Source: Octopus sinensis (lineage: Eukaryota). From it: a stretch of DNA of 64,000 bases. Positions 37,522 to 51,134 of this stretch are shown one piece after another. A program made the position numbers and the translations under genes. The stretch is taken from the NCBI RefSeq assembly GCF_006345805.1, contig NC_043011.1, forward strand, positions 52,092,464 through 52,156,463, read 5' to 3'. The notes beneath the pieces are model-generated. The model was given only the letters and a program-made list of their open reading frames with translations, made no database searches and was not told the DNA's origin. The first letter of the stretch is position 1; every line of letters starts with the position of its first letter.

Positions 37522-39323
37522 CTTAAATCTAGGTCTGAAAACTTGTGATAATTAATCTGGCTGCTGTGTTCAGCAGGTCAAAGACACTATAGAACAGTCA
37601 TAAGCAAACTGTAGCCCATGTGTCTTTCTGAATGGTGCACTAATGAAGAATTACCTTGAATTTTTTTATGCTGTGCCCTGAAAAAGCTTACCCATGCCAG
37701 CTACAGAATTTCTCTAACTGGTTTGTGTGATTGTTGTGTTGCTGTTGTTTAACCCTAGGTAGTCCTGATTGTACAGACGTCAAAAACATCCCAGTCATGA
37801 CCATCTCATCTTCTTGTCACAGTTCCCCTAGGATCACATAGCATCTAATGTGTCCTTTTTTCTAAGGTAGTAATGCAGTAATTCACAATCTTTTAATTAC
37901 CAATGACCCCTTTATTTAAATAAATTTTTTCCATGGGCCCTTACCCTTGCCCCAGCTTTTGAAAGGTCTGTATACTCATCATTTTGAACTCACTTCTTGG
38001 TGTCCTACTTATTTCATTTTGGACCCTGAGGCAACTCTTACAAAAGTGTAGGGCCAGATCAGCCAGCACATCAGAGCATGGCAAGCCAAGGAGAGGGCCC
38101 ATGACTATCTGTTGTACCCCTCCTCATTAAAAGAAAAAGAAAAAAAACCCACTGAAGACCCCCACCCCACCCCCAGCTTCTTTGAATTGTGAAAGGAGCA
38201 TTCCACTTGGGGCCCCAAAGTAGTCCTATTCTGCTTTGTCAAATTTCTGCAAGAAGCCCTGCCCAAAGGTTCTGCAAGTACAAGTTGGGATCTGTTGCAG
38301 TTGTGTGATTAAAGGGAAATTTAGTTGCTATTTCTAGCAACAAGTGAAGTGATGATTACATTTTGTGTGATGAGTTATACCCCTGTATGGTGGTGGGGAT
38401 GATGGTTGTGGTAGCAGTAACAATGGTAGTGGTAATTCATATTTATGCACACAAGAAATTTAGTTGCTGAGTTTGTTCTCTCGATGTCAAGGTTGGAATA
38501 CATTAAAAAGGAATTGAGTTAATTATTGACTCGTCAAAAATCAAGAAAAAAAAGAAAGAAAGAAAAAACAACCCAAAATACATGCTTTATTATTCATGTG
38601 ATGTCATCTTATATATCACTTGCTTTTGTTATTTTCTTTGTTTGATTCCTTGGCTTTCGGCTTTATGTTCTGTGTTCATTTGAATACACCGAGGTTGACG
38701 TTGCTTTTCATCCTTTTGGGGTTCGTAAAGTGAATGCCAGTTAAGTACTGGATCAATGTAACCAACCAGCTCCCTTCCCTAAAATTTCAGGCCTTGTGTT
38801 TATAGTAGAAAGGATCATCATCATCATTATTGTTGTTGTTGTTACTGTAATTATTAGGGTGGTGAGCTGGCACCATAAAAAGTGCTTAGCAGCATTTCTT
38901 CTGGCTTTGTATTCTGAGTTCAAATTCCATCAAGGTCAGCTTTGCATTTCACCCTTTGTGGGTCAATAAAATAAGTACCAGTTGATCACTGGGGGTCGAT
39001 GTAATCCACATACATATACCTCCCCCCATAGGCCACATTTCAAACTGTACATTGTTTTATTAGTCAATGCTAAATACACATAATTTTATTATTTATGTAT
39101 GGGCTAGATATATATAGATAAATATTTTAAAGAGATTTGTTGTGTAAGGCCAGGACAATGCAAGAAGATATGACATAAACTGCAAAAGGAAGAGGAAAAT
39201 AAAATAAAAAGTTACAGCTTTACCTTGTATTTCTATATTTTGGGGTTTTGACCCCTTCTTCAGAACACTTGGCAAAAGTGGTGGTTGGAAAAGTCTTTGC
39301 TCAGATGTGTGGGGAAGGAAGGA

Positions 39324-39357
<34 letters not shown>

Positions 39358-39359
<2 letters not shown>

Positions 39360-39640
39360 CATCATCATCATCATTTCATTGTCCATTGTCCATGCTGGCA
39401 TGGGTTGGATGGTTTGACCTGGGCTGGTAAGCTGGAAGACTGTACCAGACTCCAGTCTGATTTGGCATGGTTTTCTATGGCTTGATGCCCTTCCTAACAC
39501 CAGTCACTCCAAGAATGTAATGGGTGCTTTTACGTGCCACCAGCATGGGTGCCATTTGCATGACACTGGTATCTGCCATGATTGATTTTGCTCGGCTTGA
39601 TGGGTCTTCTTCTCCAGCACAACATAATGCCAAAGGTCTT
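39358..39640 (-). mobile_element. Family C retroposon tail
   Basis: Family C motifs. Confidence 0.8.
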
Positions 39641-40462
39641 GGTCATTGCCTCTGTGAAGCCCAACACTAGAAAGGAACTGGGTCACTTTGCCTCCATGAA
39701 GCTCAACACTCATGTACATGATGTATTTACAAGTAACAAAACAGTTAAAAAGAACTAGGAACAGTAATTCTTTACTTCAAACAGGTGGAATTGGCTCCTC
39801 AAAATCATAAGCTCTAGTGACTGCCCCTACTTCCTGTTCTAGCTTGGTTGTCCTCAGCAGAATCTATAGAATAGGCCAGAAATTGTTTGTGTCGGTATAA
39901 ATTTGAGTATAAAAGAAAATATTAGAGTTGTTGTTGTTTAACCTATGGTCAAAAGTATTCCAGATGTGACCATCCCATATTTTTAGGTGTATATGGAACT
40001 ACATTATATAATGTTTTGTTTCCTTTTAAAACAGTAGAATGTGATTTGAGGGTGACTTGGCTCCTATTTCTAGTTGGTTGAGTGATTATATAAAGGCTCC
40101 CTCTTTGACTAATCCTATCAATTATGTAAGATATGGCATCTTTAGATTTAGGATTAAAAACGCAAGAGCCGAAGTATTGCAGAATATAATATTCTGCTCA
40201 CTTAATTCTGAAAAAAAAGGAAGAGAAAAAAAAAAAAGAATGATGAAACACCATCAGATATTGAACTCTTGATCGTTGATAACATAGTCCATTACCTTAA
40301 CCACTCCGCTAACCTGTATTGACTTTCTTACAAACAGGTTTATTGAAGTCACATTATTATATCTGAAGTGAAAGACAGGTTACTTCTAGGTGACTCAATG
40401 ATATAAACGTGCATTTTAATTAATCTTTTTCTCTTTAATGACTTAGCAGAGGGACATCAATA

Positions 40463-40696
40463 CCTATTTCTTTATTACCCACAAGGGGCTAAACACAGAG
40501 GGGACAAACAAGGACAGACATAGGTATTAAGTCGATTACATCAACCCCAGTGCGTAACTGGTACTTAATTTATTGACCCCGAAAGGATGAAAGGCAAAGT
40601 CGACCTCGGCGGAATTTGAACTCACAACGTAACGCAGACGGAATACCGCTAAGCATTTTGCCCGGCGTGCTAACGGTTCTGCCAGCTCGCCGCCTT
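40463..40696 (-). mobile_element. SINE family B, full length, young-looking
   Basis: Minus strand aaggcggcgagctggcagaaccgttagcacgccgggc...gtgagttcaaattccgccgaggtcgac; tail ...cccttgtgggtaataaagaaatag. Confidence 0.88.
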
Positions 40697-41936
40697 TGAC
40701 CCTATCTTCAGGGTGTCTGAGACAGGAGACAAGCTATCCTCAGACTAGAAAACCAGGAGACTTGCCATGAATGCTTGCAATGAAGCTTATTCTACTGAAA
40801 GCACCCAAGTGTCAGACAGTAGTGTTTAATTGAACAAAGGACTAAGTCTACCTACCACAGAGGAAGAAAGAAATGTGCACCAGAGAAATACACGTATTGA
40901 TATCCATGAATGAAATATTGTAGTCATTGACAAATCTCGGTGGAGACAATTCAACAGAACAGGTTCTGTCTCTTGTCAGAACCATGTATGAATGGTGGGT
41001 GCGGTATAGTTTGACCTGCAACACTGCTGTTTATCATTTCTATATATTTATGTGATTAAAGACTTTGAAGTAAACTCTAAACACTTCCTCTGAACCAAAA
41101 TATGCCCTTTTTATCAAGGAAACAAGTTGACATTAAGCTTTGGGAATTTTCATTTCTTTTCTTTTTTTTTTTTCCTCTTCTCTACTTTTATCCTTTCATA
41201 ACTTTGTTTACTGATGGATTCACTACCATCATCATCATCATTGTCGTCATCAGTATTGTCATCTGCGTTGTATTAGTTTTTACTTACTATTCTATGCTTG
41301 CATGGATCAAAACTTTGTTGAAGTAGAATTTTCTGTGGCTGGATGCTTTTCCATCACCAACCTTCACCTGTTTCCAAGCAAGGTAATAGTTTCCAGTTTC
41401 CCTAATTTATTGAACAATGAACAACCAGGACTTGTTTTTCTAGAGGATAGCAAAAAAAAAACCCCTCCAAAAGACACTATTTGTATAATTGGTGACATCT
41501 CAAGACAAAGTCTGTGTGCACACATACATATGCACATGCACACACACACACACACACACACCCGCCTCTTCAAGTTTTTGTCCACCAAATTTTGTTCACA
41601 AGGCATTGGTCAACTTGCAGCTATAGAAAAAAAAACACCAGCCAACAGTGTCTGTGCAGTGGGAGTGAACCCATAACAACGTGTTTCGGAAGCAAACTTC
41701 TCTTATGTATTTCAGTTGATTTTCCATTTATTCAAGATTTTAAAAGATTTTAGTAAATTCTTTAATTTTATATGTAGGTGGTGGTGGTTGTTGTTAAGGT
41801 CCACATTAACTTTGATCGTGAAAAGCAAGTAGACATATGATCAAAAGCATACCAACCATGACCATCCTACCTCTTGCCTCAGTTATAGTGTTTCCATGAC
41901 TACATTTTCCAATGTGTCTTTCTATGTTTATGTTTT

Positions 41937-42388
41937 AACCCTTTAGCATTTAAGCCTTCCATATCCAACCCAGATAAAGTATTTGTTTTATGTTCTAACC
42001 AGCCAGATCCAACCTATCACACCTATCCTTCAATGCCATTCTAAAAATATACAATCACACCATCAAAATTTTGAATCTACTAAATAATGCATGGTTAATT
42101 AAATCAATGTCAATGAAAAAGCATTACATTTGATAGGATAATCTGAATGCTAAAGGCTTAACCCTTTCATTACTGTATTTTTTTTTTTAGATGCTCTGTG
42201 CTTCTATCAATCACTTTAAATATAACAAAGAATTTAGTAAAATAACTTAGTTATCATTAAGCTAGAGTTAGGAGCTTAAATTGTGACTAAGGTTTGGTGG
42301 AAGATTTTAATTCAAAACTTAGGAAGACAAAACATTTGTACTCAGAGCCAGAGCTGGTTTCAGCCGGTTTGGTAACGAAAGGGTTAAA
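41937..42388. mobile_element. Abutting P1 and P2 MITEs sharing one TTAA
   Basis: ttaaccctttagc...gctaaaggc|TTAA|ccctttcattac...gtaacgaaaggg|ttaa. Confidence 0.82.
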
Positions 42389-43258
42389 GATAGTAATGTA
42401 TTTCTAGAATAAAAGAGATGCGAGTTTCCATTGTCTATTTACTTTTTAAGAAAAGCAGGGTATAGTTTGAGGGAGATTTGCTTGCTAGTTCTAGAAGAAG
42501 AAAAAGAAGGATCTGAACTCAGCATGCTGTGTTAGAACAAGTACAAATACAACAAGGCATTCTATTTAACACTCTAATGACTGCATGTTCACTACTTTTG
42601 ATTGAGATTTTAAACTAAAATATGAACAGTTCAGTACATGTGGACTGAGACATGTTGATGGTATTAAACGGGTTAGTCATAATTGTTTTTGAAATTGTTG
42701 TATCCAAAAATATCTTTATGCTGAGAATATTGGAACATTCGTCTCAATATGACAATGAAAACAGAGTTAATCATTAATTATGGGAGATATTTATAATCTG
42801 TTAAGATTTTATTCAATTTGATGGTGGTAAACTTTTGTGCTTTTCTACATAATCATTTAAATATTTATAAGATATTCTCCACCATCTATTTTTTTTTTTA
42901 TGGCTAAGCAACTGGGTTCTCAATCAAAGGTCATTGATTCAAATTCTGGTGCAGGAGGGGTATTGTGTTCCTGGACTTAACTTTACATTGCTCTCATCCA
43001 TCCATCGAGCATTCCATGCTTTTTGTATGCAAGCTGGTGGGGCACAACAGCATTAATAAATCAGTGATACAACCAAAACCCTTCAGGCATGAAGAGGAAT
43101 ACATCCAGTGTGGATTGTTATTTCCTATCTTCTTTTTTTGATAGTTACGGTTTACTGAAATATAAAGTTGCTAGCCTTAACATCTTATCAACAGTTCATC
43201 TTTCTGCAATAACACCACCAGATCCTTGGCAAATAAACTTCAGTTTTTATTATTATGC

Positions 43259-43294
<36 letters not shown>

Positions 43295-43584
43295 TGGATT
43301 GGCAGAATTATTAGGGTACCAGAAAAGATGTTTTACCACATTTGTTCCAGCTCTTTACATGCTGAGTTCATATTCCACAGAGGTCAACTTTGCCTTTCAT
43401 CCCTCTGACATCAATATTGTACAGGACCACTCAAATACCGGTGTCAATGGAACTGACTAATCCACATCCCTCAAAATTACTGATCTCTTTCCTAAATTAG
43501 AAACCATTATTATGCTCATACAGCAGTAAATAAGATGAAACAGTGTGTCCTCCATTGTTTTTCACAATGGATATTCCATTTGTT

Positions 43585-43995
43585 GGATCTTTTTGGTTTG
43601 AACAGCAGTTTTTTCTAGTGGTGTCATATGAAATTGTCACCCATAATTATGACCCTAGAATCGATCTATTGCATTTCAATCTCTTTTAGGGTTAGGGGTG
43701 GGGGAAGGGTATCTTTTTTTTCTTCACAAATGTAAATAAACCCAATCTGTTTCTTAAACGAAGGACATATTCATTATGCACAGAATGCTTTTTAACTCAA
43801 TTGACGTCACTGATTGGTTGAAATTGCAGAAATTGAAGAAAAAAAACAACAAATATCTTACAAACTATAGAATTTTTTCAATAAAGCCAAGAGAAAAAGA
43901 TGTTTTATAAACACATTCTACCAGTATATGAAGTTTAAAATTTTTTAGTTACCTAGAAATTATGTTAAGAACTGCCGTTCAAACCAAAAAGATCC
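43585..43995. mobile_element. Non-autonomous TIR element with 8-bp TSD (GG termini; Merlin- or hAT-like, superfamily uncertain)
   Basis: 26-bp TIRs ggatctttttggtttgaacagcagtt / aactgccgttcaaaccaaaaagatcc; TSD catttgtt (43577-43584, 43996-44003). Confidence 0.85.
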
Positions 43996-45941
43996 CATTT
44001 GTTTAATCAACAGAAATTGTTAATTTTTTAAAGATAGGTAGGAGTGTTTTGAGGAAGATTTGGCTGCTGTATCTAGCAGATCTAGTGACCACATGAAAAC
44101 TTCTTTATTAGCTGGTTACTCTTGTTAGCATTGTTGCTGTTGTTGGTCTTGTTGTTAGTGTTACTGTTAATGTTACGGCTGTTAGCATTGTTGTTGGTCT
44201 TGCTGTTAGTATTGATATTATTATTATTATTATAAACTTGTTACCAGTTCAAATATCTTTGAGACCTATTTGAACCCATAAGACAGCAACTCCTCAGATT
44301 TTTTCAAGAGAAGTTTTTGCTATAGATAAAAAGGTGTAAACATATCTGGTCAGTTCGGAATGTCCTCTACTTAGATTGTTGGATGCATGCATATCAGAGT
44401 AGTCACCTATTCAACATCGAAGACTGGAAAGAGAAGGGACTCTGAACTAATGGCAAGAGATTAGGTCTCTCTTATTAGATCCCAGTTAAAATGCTGTAAC
44501 TGGTTGCCTGTGATCTTTTACAGGGTCTCCAAGACTGGTGGGAAGGAATGAGAAAGGTATCCTCAAACCAAAATCTTGGCCCAAAATGCTTGCAATAAGA
44601 GTAAGTGGTGTTAAATTGAGTGATGAATACAGCCTACTATCTACACACATAACATAGTGGGATTTGAACTCATAATACAAAGAATTGGAACAAATACCAC
44701 AAGGCATCCAATGTGATGGTTTTATCAGTCCACTGACTCACCACATAGATTGATATTTGTTTATTGACCCCCAAAAAGATAAAAAGAAAAGTTGACTTTA
44801 GTATGAGTTGAACTCAGTGTGTCGGGACATATACCATGGAACACTCTGCCACTTTGCTGCCTATAAATGTTGTTGTTGTTGTTATATTGTTGTTGGCATT
44901 GTTAGTTTTATTGGTCCTCTGGTGTTGGTGGTGTTAAGGTGGTTGTTATTGTTAGTGTTGAAATTCTATATTCACCTTAGAAACTATATACACTCCACAC
45001 GCCATTGTAAAGAAGTGGGGTCATAGTTATTTTGATTCAAACTAGGGCATACTCCTCCCTCGCATATTACTGGTAGTTTTCTCTCCACCCGAAATGACAA
45101 AAAAGTCAACCTCGAGAAATCAAGACTAAGTCATGTGACTGGATTCAGTGATAGCCTTTCTTCTACATACTCAAACCTTCTTATGATGCCTCTCTCACCT
45201 CACTCCCCCTCTCTCTTTCCCCTCTCCTCTCTTTCCCCTCTCCCTCTCTCTCTTCCTTTCTCTCTAGATAGTTACAAATATTTCTATTCTGTTATTCATA
45301 GCCAAAATACCACATTTTACAATCACCACTTACTTACTTACTCAGTCCACCCACCTCTCACTGTCTGGCTTTCACCCCCCCCCCCCCCGGGGGCCTTCTT
45401 CTTTCACTGAGCGAGTCAAAACTTGTTTAAGCAATTGTTATTGTATCGCAATTTAAATTTCAGTGGTTAAAGTTCCCAGTCAACTCGAAAGAATTACATT
45501 TTGTATAATTATAGTTTCAGAAAAATTAGGTTTGCAAATAGAAAATGTCTATGTGTACGTATGTGTGTGTGTGTGACAGAGCAAGTTTCAAGCTAGCAGT
45601 TCAGACAAGAAATAGAAAGAAGAAAAGAGATTTATTCTCCTCCTCCTCTCTTCTATTGATTTCACAATGTCTCACCATTCATTGTTTCCTTCGTCTGACA
45701 TATACAGAAACAAAAGAAACAGGCAATTTTGTTGTGTAGGTCCTGTTTTGGATTGGCTTTTATGGCTGGATGTCCTTTCTATCACCAACTACTTTACAGC
45801 ATATGTATATGTTTGTTATATATATATATATATATATATATATCACTGCGCGACACCTTGGGCAAGTGTCTTCTACTATAGCCTCAGGTCGACCAAAGCC
45901 TTGTGAGTGGATTTGGTAGACGGAATGAAAGAAGCCTGTTG

Positions 45942-45964
<23 letters not shown>

Positions 45965-45973
<9 letters not shown>

Positions 45974-46396
45974 ATATCCAAAATCCAGATCAAAATCGAA
46001 ATCGATCAACATCAATGGAAATTGCAGCTGTGATACCAGTGCTGGTGGTACGTAAGAGAACCATCCAAATGTGGCCGTTGCCAGCACTGCCTCGTGCCGG
46101 TGGCACGTAAAAAGCACCATCCGATCGTGGCCGTTACCAGCCTTGCCTGGCCCCTGTGCCAGTGGCACATAAAAAGCACCATCCGATCGTGGCCGTTTGC
46201 TAGCCTCGTCTGGCACGTAAAAAGCACCCACTACACTCATGGAGTGGTTGGCGTTAGGAAGGGCATCCAGCCATAGAAACATTGCCAGATCAGACTGGGC
46301 CTGGTGCAGCCTTCTGGCTTCCCAGACCCCAGTTGAACCGTCCAACCCATGCTAGCATGGAAAGCGGACGCTAAACGATGATGATGATGATGATGA
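45965..46396 (+). mobile_element. Family C retroposon tail with about three internal units
   Basis: Family C motifs and (GAT)n tail. Confidence 0.87.
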
Positions 46397-46584
46397 TCTA
46401 TTATATAAAATCCGTCCTGTCTGTCTGTGTGTGTGTGTCTTCTAGGATCTCGGGCATCCAATTGCGCTCAAATTTGATATGTAGATACCAACGGTATCAG
46501 GGTGTGTATAAGTCTTGAAAAAATTACAAAAATTGATTCCAGGTGAGAATGCGATCGATAAAGCTGTGGGAATGTGCATTTGTA
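46397..46584 (+). mobile_element. Helitron/DINE-like 5' segment (family H2)
   Basis: Starts TCTATTATATAAAATCCGTCCTGTCTGTCTG(TG)n; matches 23180-23365 in inverted orientation. Confidence 0.65.
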
Positions 46585-46829
46585 TGCGCAAGTACATCAG
46601 CTGTTGCAATGTACTTACTGGTACTTTAAACTCTTTGGTTGCATATTTGTGTGAATAAAATTGTTTATCTTTATTTCTTCTTTTACTGGTGCCTCAAATT
46701 TAGGTTAAATCAGTGTTTCTCAAAGGGGAGGCCTGTGGGATGGTCGGACAAGTTGTTTTGAGAAAATTTGGTTTAAATGTTTGACAACTCAGCACCATCC
46801 ATTGGACGGGGGGGGGGGGCTTTTGCTCG

Positions 46830-47625
46830 TGTGTGTGTGTGTGTTTGTGTCTGTGTTTGTCTCCCCATTATCACTTGACAATTGATGCTGGTGTGTTTAC
46901 GTCCCTGTAACTTAGCAGTTCAGCAAAAGAGAACCAATAGGATAAGTACTAAGCTTACAAAGAATAAGTCCTGGGGTTGATTTGTTTGATTAAAGGCAGT
47001 GCTCCAGCATGGCCGCAGTCAAATGACTGAAACAAGTAAAAGAGTAAAAGAGAATATGTATAAAGTACAATGTGGCAAAGGTACAAGCATAGCTGTGTGG
47101 TAAGAAGATTGCTTCTCAGTTGCATGTTTCTGGGTTCAGTCCCACTGTGTGGAACTTTGGGCAAGTGTCTTCTACAATAGCCCTAAGCTGATCAAAGCTT
47201 TATGAATGAATTTGGTGGATGAAAACTGAAAGATGCCTGGTGTGTGTGCGTACACACACACAGATGCATGCGCACATATGTATGGCATGTACAGAACTTG
47301 TTAAGGTGAATTTTCTACAGCCACATGCTCTTGTTGCCAATCCTCACCTGTTTCCAAGAAAGGTAATATTTCCCTATGATCATGGAAGACAGAAAAAAAA
47401 AAAGGATACCACTTACACTCATTTACAAGTCACATGATGTCAGTTCAAAGAGACAGTTACACACACACAAACACGACAATGTCTTTTAGATTCCATCTAC
47501 CAAATCTACTCACAAAGCTTTGGTTGGCCCAGGGCTATAGTAGAAGACACTTTTCCACACAACAGGACTGAACCTAGAACCATGTGGTTTGGAAGCAAAC
47601 TTCTTACAACACAGTCACACCTACA
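46830..47625. mobile_element. Cluster of SINE A pieces: 3' half (+), 5' half (+) and 5' half (-)
   Basis: Family A motifs at ~46830-47050, ~47078-47250 and inverted at ~47475-47625. Confidence 0.75.
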
Positions 47626-47842
47626 CATGGATACACACACACACACACACACACACATATGATGTTCTTTATAGTTAGTGTTAGGTTCATGATCATAATG
47701 TTATGGGTTCAATTCCTGAACTAGGCTGTGATGTCCTGAAACCAGAGACCTGGCTTCAGTGAATGCTTGCACCAGAGTGAACTCTACTAAAGGCACTCAA
47801 GGTGACCTGTGGTGGTACTAAATCAAGCAGCTGGACAGTTTC

Positions 47843-48070
47843 TTATTTCTTTATTGCCCACAAGGGGCTAAACATAGAGGGGACAAACAAGGACAGACGA
47901 AGGGATTAAGTCGATTACATCGACCCCAGTGCGTAACTGGTACTTAATTTATCGACCTCGAAACGATGAAAGGCAAAGTCGACCTCGGCAGAATTTGAAC
48001 TCAGAACGTAAAAACAGACGAAATACTGCTAAGCATTTCGCCCAGCGTGCTAACGTTTCTGCCAGCTTAC
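47843..48070 (-). mobile_element. SINE family B
   Basis: Highly similar to 40463-40696. Confidence 0.88.
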
Positions 48071-49276
48071 CATAACTGGTCAGTTTCTATCTACCAAATT
48101 TCACTCACCAGGTATGGCTCAACCCAAGACTATACTTGCCCATGGTGCTAGAGACACATGATTGTATGATTGGTTACCAAGTGAACTTATTGGCTACAAA
48201 GCTATATCTGACAAAATTGTTGTTGTGCCTAGTCTCAAGAAATCTATATTAGATTAGAATGTCTCTGGTGAACGAAGCCTGACATGGTTTTCATTTACAG
48301 TGAAAAGGCATTTTAATTTGCTTACATTACTAACATGGTTGTCAATAACACAACCTTGACCACCAGCTGTGAGGCTGATGGCTTTTTTCCTCTTGTAAAT
48401 ACTACATTGTCATTGTAACCAACACTCTTTCAAACAACTCAGGCTAACTGGCTGTAAATAGATACCATTAGGTTGTTGTTGTTTAGCCCAAAGTCAGGGA
48501 CTATACTCTCTAACATTTTCTTCTATATTTGAAAAAAAGTAGTGGTGTGTAGTTTGAAGTTGGTTTGGCTGGTATTTCTATCATGGTAAGTAATTTCAAG
48601 AAGCTTCCTTATACCATTATCTTACCGGCGGGGCTGGATAAACTCCCTTCTGTAAGCTGCTCCTTTACTTATATGTATAAGGTACAGACATGACCCTGTG
48701 GTTAACAAGTTTGCTATTCAACCATTGTGTGGCACTGTAGAAAAGTCTTCCACTAGAGCCACAGGCTGACCAATGCTTTCTAAGCGGAATTTGGTAGACA
48801 GAAACAGCAGGTAGCTTTTCATGTGTGTTTGTGTGTTCCCATTAGTTTGGTATCGTTTCCATACTGTGTAAGTGATGGGTCATTGTTAACCTCTGATGCA
48901 AAAAACATGTTTGGTTATATGCACACAGCATTAACAACATCATGATATAGATGATGTCTTTGTTTACAACTGCTGCAAAAACATGTCCACCTGTTAGTCA
49001 AAAGACCAAAGAAAATATTACTCTTCTTGGAAAATGAGTGAGAATTGGTGATAGGATGAGCTTCTGATCATAGAAAAAAACTTGTATTAATAAAACTCTT
49101 CTTACCCATGATAGCATGGAAAATCAGATATTAAAATGATGATGATGGTAAGTCAGTTTGAAGAGTCAGTGACCTAGGCTTTATCTAACACTTCTGGATG
49201 TAGTCAAGAGGAGGAGGCGGGGTACTTCTACCCCGATGAATACATTATTGTGACTATATTGCATTTCATTACAAGC

Positions 49277-49446
49277 ACCCACTACACTCACGGAGTGGTT
49301 GGCGTTAGGAAGGGCATCCAGCTGTAGAAACATTGCCAGATAAGACTGGAGCCTGGTGCAGCCTTCTGGCTTCCCAGATCCCCGGTCGAACCATCCAACC
49401 CATGCTAGCATGGAGAACGGACGTTAAACGATGATGATGATGATGA
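49277..49446 (+). mobile_element. Family C retroposon tail, short
   Basis: Family C motifs. Confidence 0.85.
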
Positions 49447-50087
49447 AGCTCTCATTACAAAGAATGTCATAACCTCTTGCATTTCTTGCCTTCTCTACAA
49501 AAAATATGCAAGACTGATAAACACCCATCGATGGATACAAGTGGTTATAAGCTGTCAAGTAGAAAATAGATATTAGTTATTTCAGCTCTTTGTGTCTTGG
49601 CTTTCTTTGTGTTTCACGTACAAGTGAAATCAATAAATGGTTTCAGATTGAAACAGCTGGTCTGGTTGAAACAAATGACTGTCTCTCACTTAGTCTGTCT
49701 CCTTCCTATTCTAGCAGTAAACAATAACAAACAGCAAAAACAAACTTTGTTTGCATCCCATGCTATCCAAGACCTAATTATAGAGTTTTCTATTGTATTG
49801 CTTGACCTACTAGAAATAGCAAATGAATCGCATTCAAATCACAAGCATGCTGTGTCAGAAAGGAAGGACCATTTTGATAATCTAATTTTGTCTGAGTAAA
49901 TGATGGGGTGATCACTGTTGGAATGCTTATGATCATAGCAGGATAGCTTGGTCAAGACTGAACTCAGACAAGATGTTGTTGGTAATAGATTTTCTAAGGG
50001 CCAGTCACTGGTTCACTATGTTTACAACTGTTACAATTGTTACAAGTGACAAGGGACTGTCTATGCAACCAGGGTGTTAATTCTGCC

Positions 50088-50504
50088 TTAACCTTTTAGC
50101 ACTTAAACTGACCAAATCCAGCCCAAATATTCTACCTGTTTTATGTTCAAATTAACCAGATCCAGCCTCTCACACCTACCCTACAATGTCATTCTGAGAA
50201 TACTCGTCAAGCCAAGTGAAGTCATAGTTGTGGCTAACAATGGTATCACATAACTGGAGTGGTTAATGTTAAGAAGGGCATCCAGCTGTAGAAACCATGC
50301 CAAATCAGATAGGAATCTGGTACAGCTCCCTCAGCTTACCAGTTTCAGTCAAACCGTCTAACCCATGCCAGCATGGAAAGCATACACTAAATGATGATGA
50401 TGATATCGTTGAAATCTTTAGGCTACAAGATTAATGTATGATTTAATATGAAACAATGTGAATAAATAAGCATTATAGTTGGCAGTAATCTGAAAAAGGG
50501 TTAA
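50088..50504. mobile_element. P1 MITE interrupted by a family C retroposon tail (~50200-50404)
   Basis: P1 left half, then an insert ending gatgatgatgat, then the P1 right half ending aaaaggg|ttaa. Confidence 0.75.
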
Positions 50505-51134
50505 AGAAGTTAATATAAAACTGAACGATGTGTTTCTAGATATTAGTAGTACCCCTAAAATAAAACTGGGGGAAGGATACTCATCGCTTGAATACATTTG
50601 ACCATAGGCTTGCTCGATTGGGATTGACCTGGGGTTAAACAAGTACAACAACAACTGTGTCTGCGTATGTGAGTTAAGTGTTTTGATTATGGAGACACAA
50701 CAATAAGTGCAACAACCGCCACAACCCAGTGCCTGTGATGAAATATAAACAGTGGACTCTTCTGTCAAGACAAACCCCAGCTGTGTTTCTGGTGTCTCCT
50801 GGCCATCAAAAAATAAACTCATAAATTATTTTTCTGAAAATAAATATGGTCCCCATATAAAATGTGTGTGGGAAGGAGTAGCTATCAAGATAAGTTTTTT
50901 TTGTTAGTGGGAGACAGTGTTATGATAAGTAAAACTGTTGTATTATATTTCATTTCTTAAATTATTAATGGCATCAGTAATATGTTTATATATGTGTTTG
51001 AGTATGTGTGTATATAATATATATATATATAATATCACTAATATATATATGTGCTCATGTGTGTGTCTACATATCACTAATATGTATGGGCATATATGTA
51101 TATGCATGTATATATACATGCGTATGTATGTATA

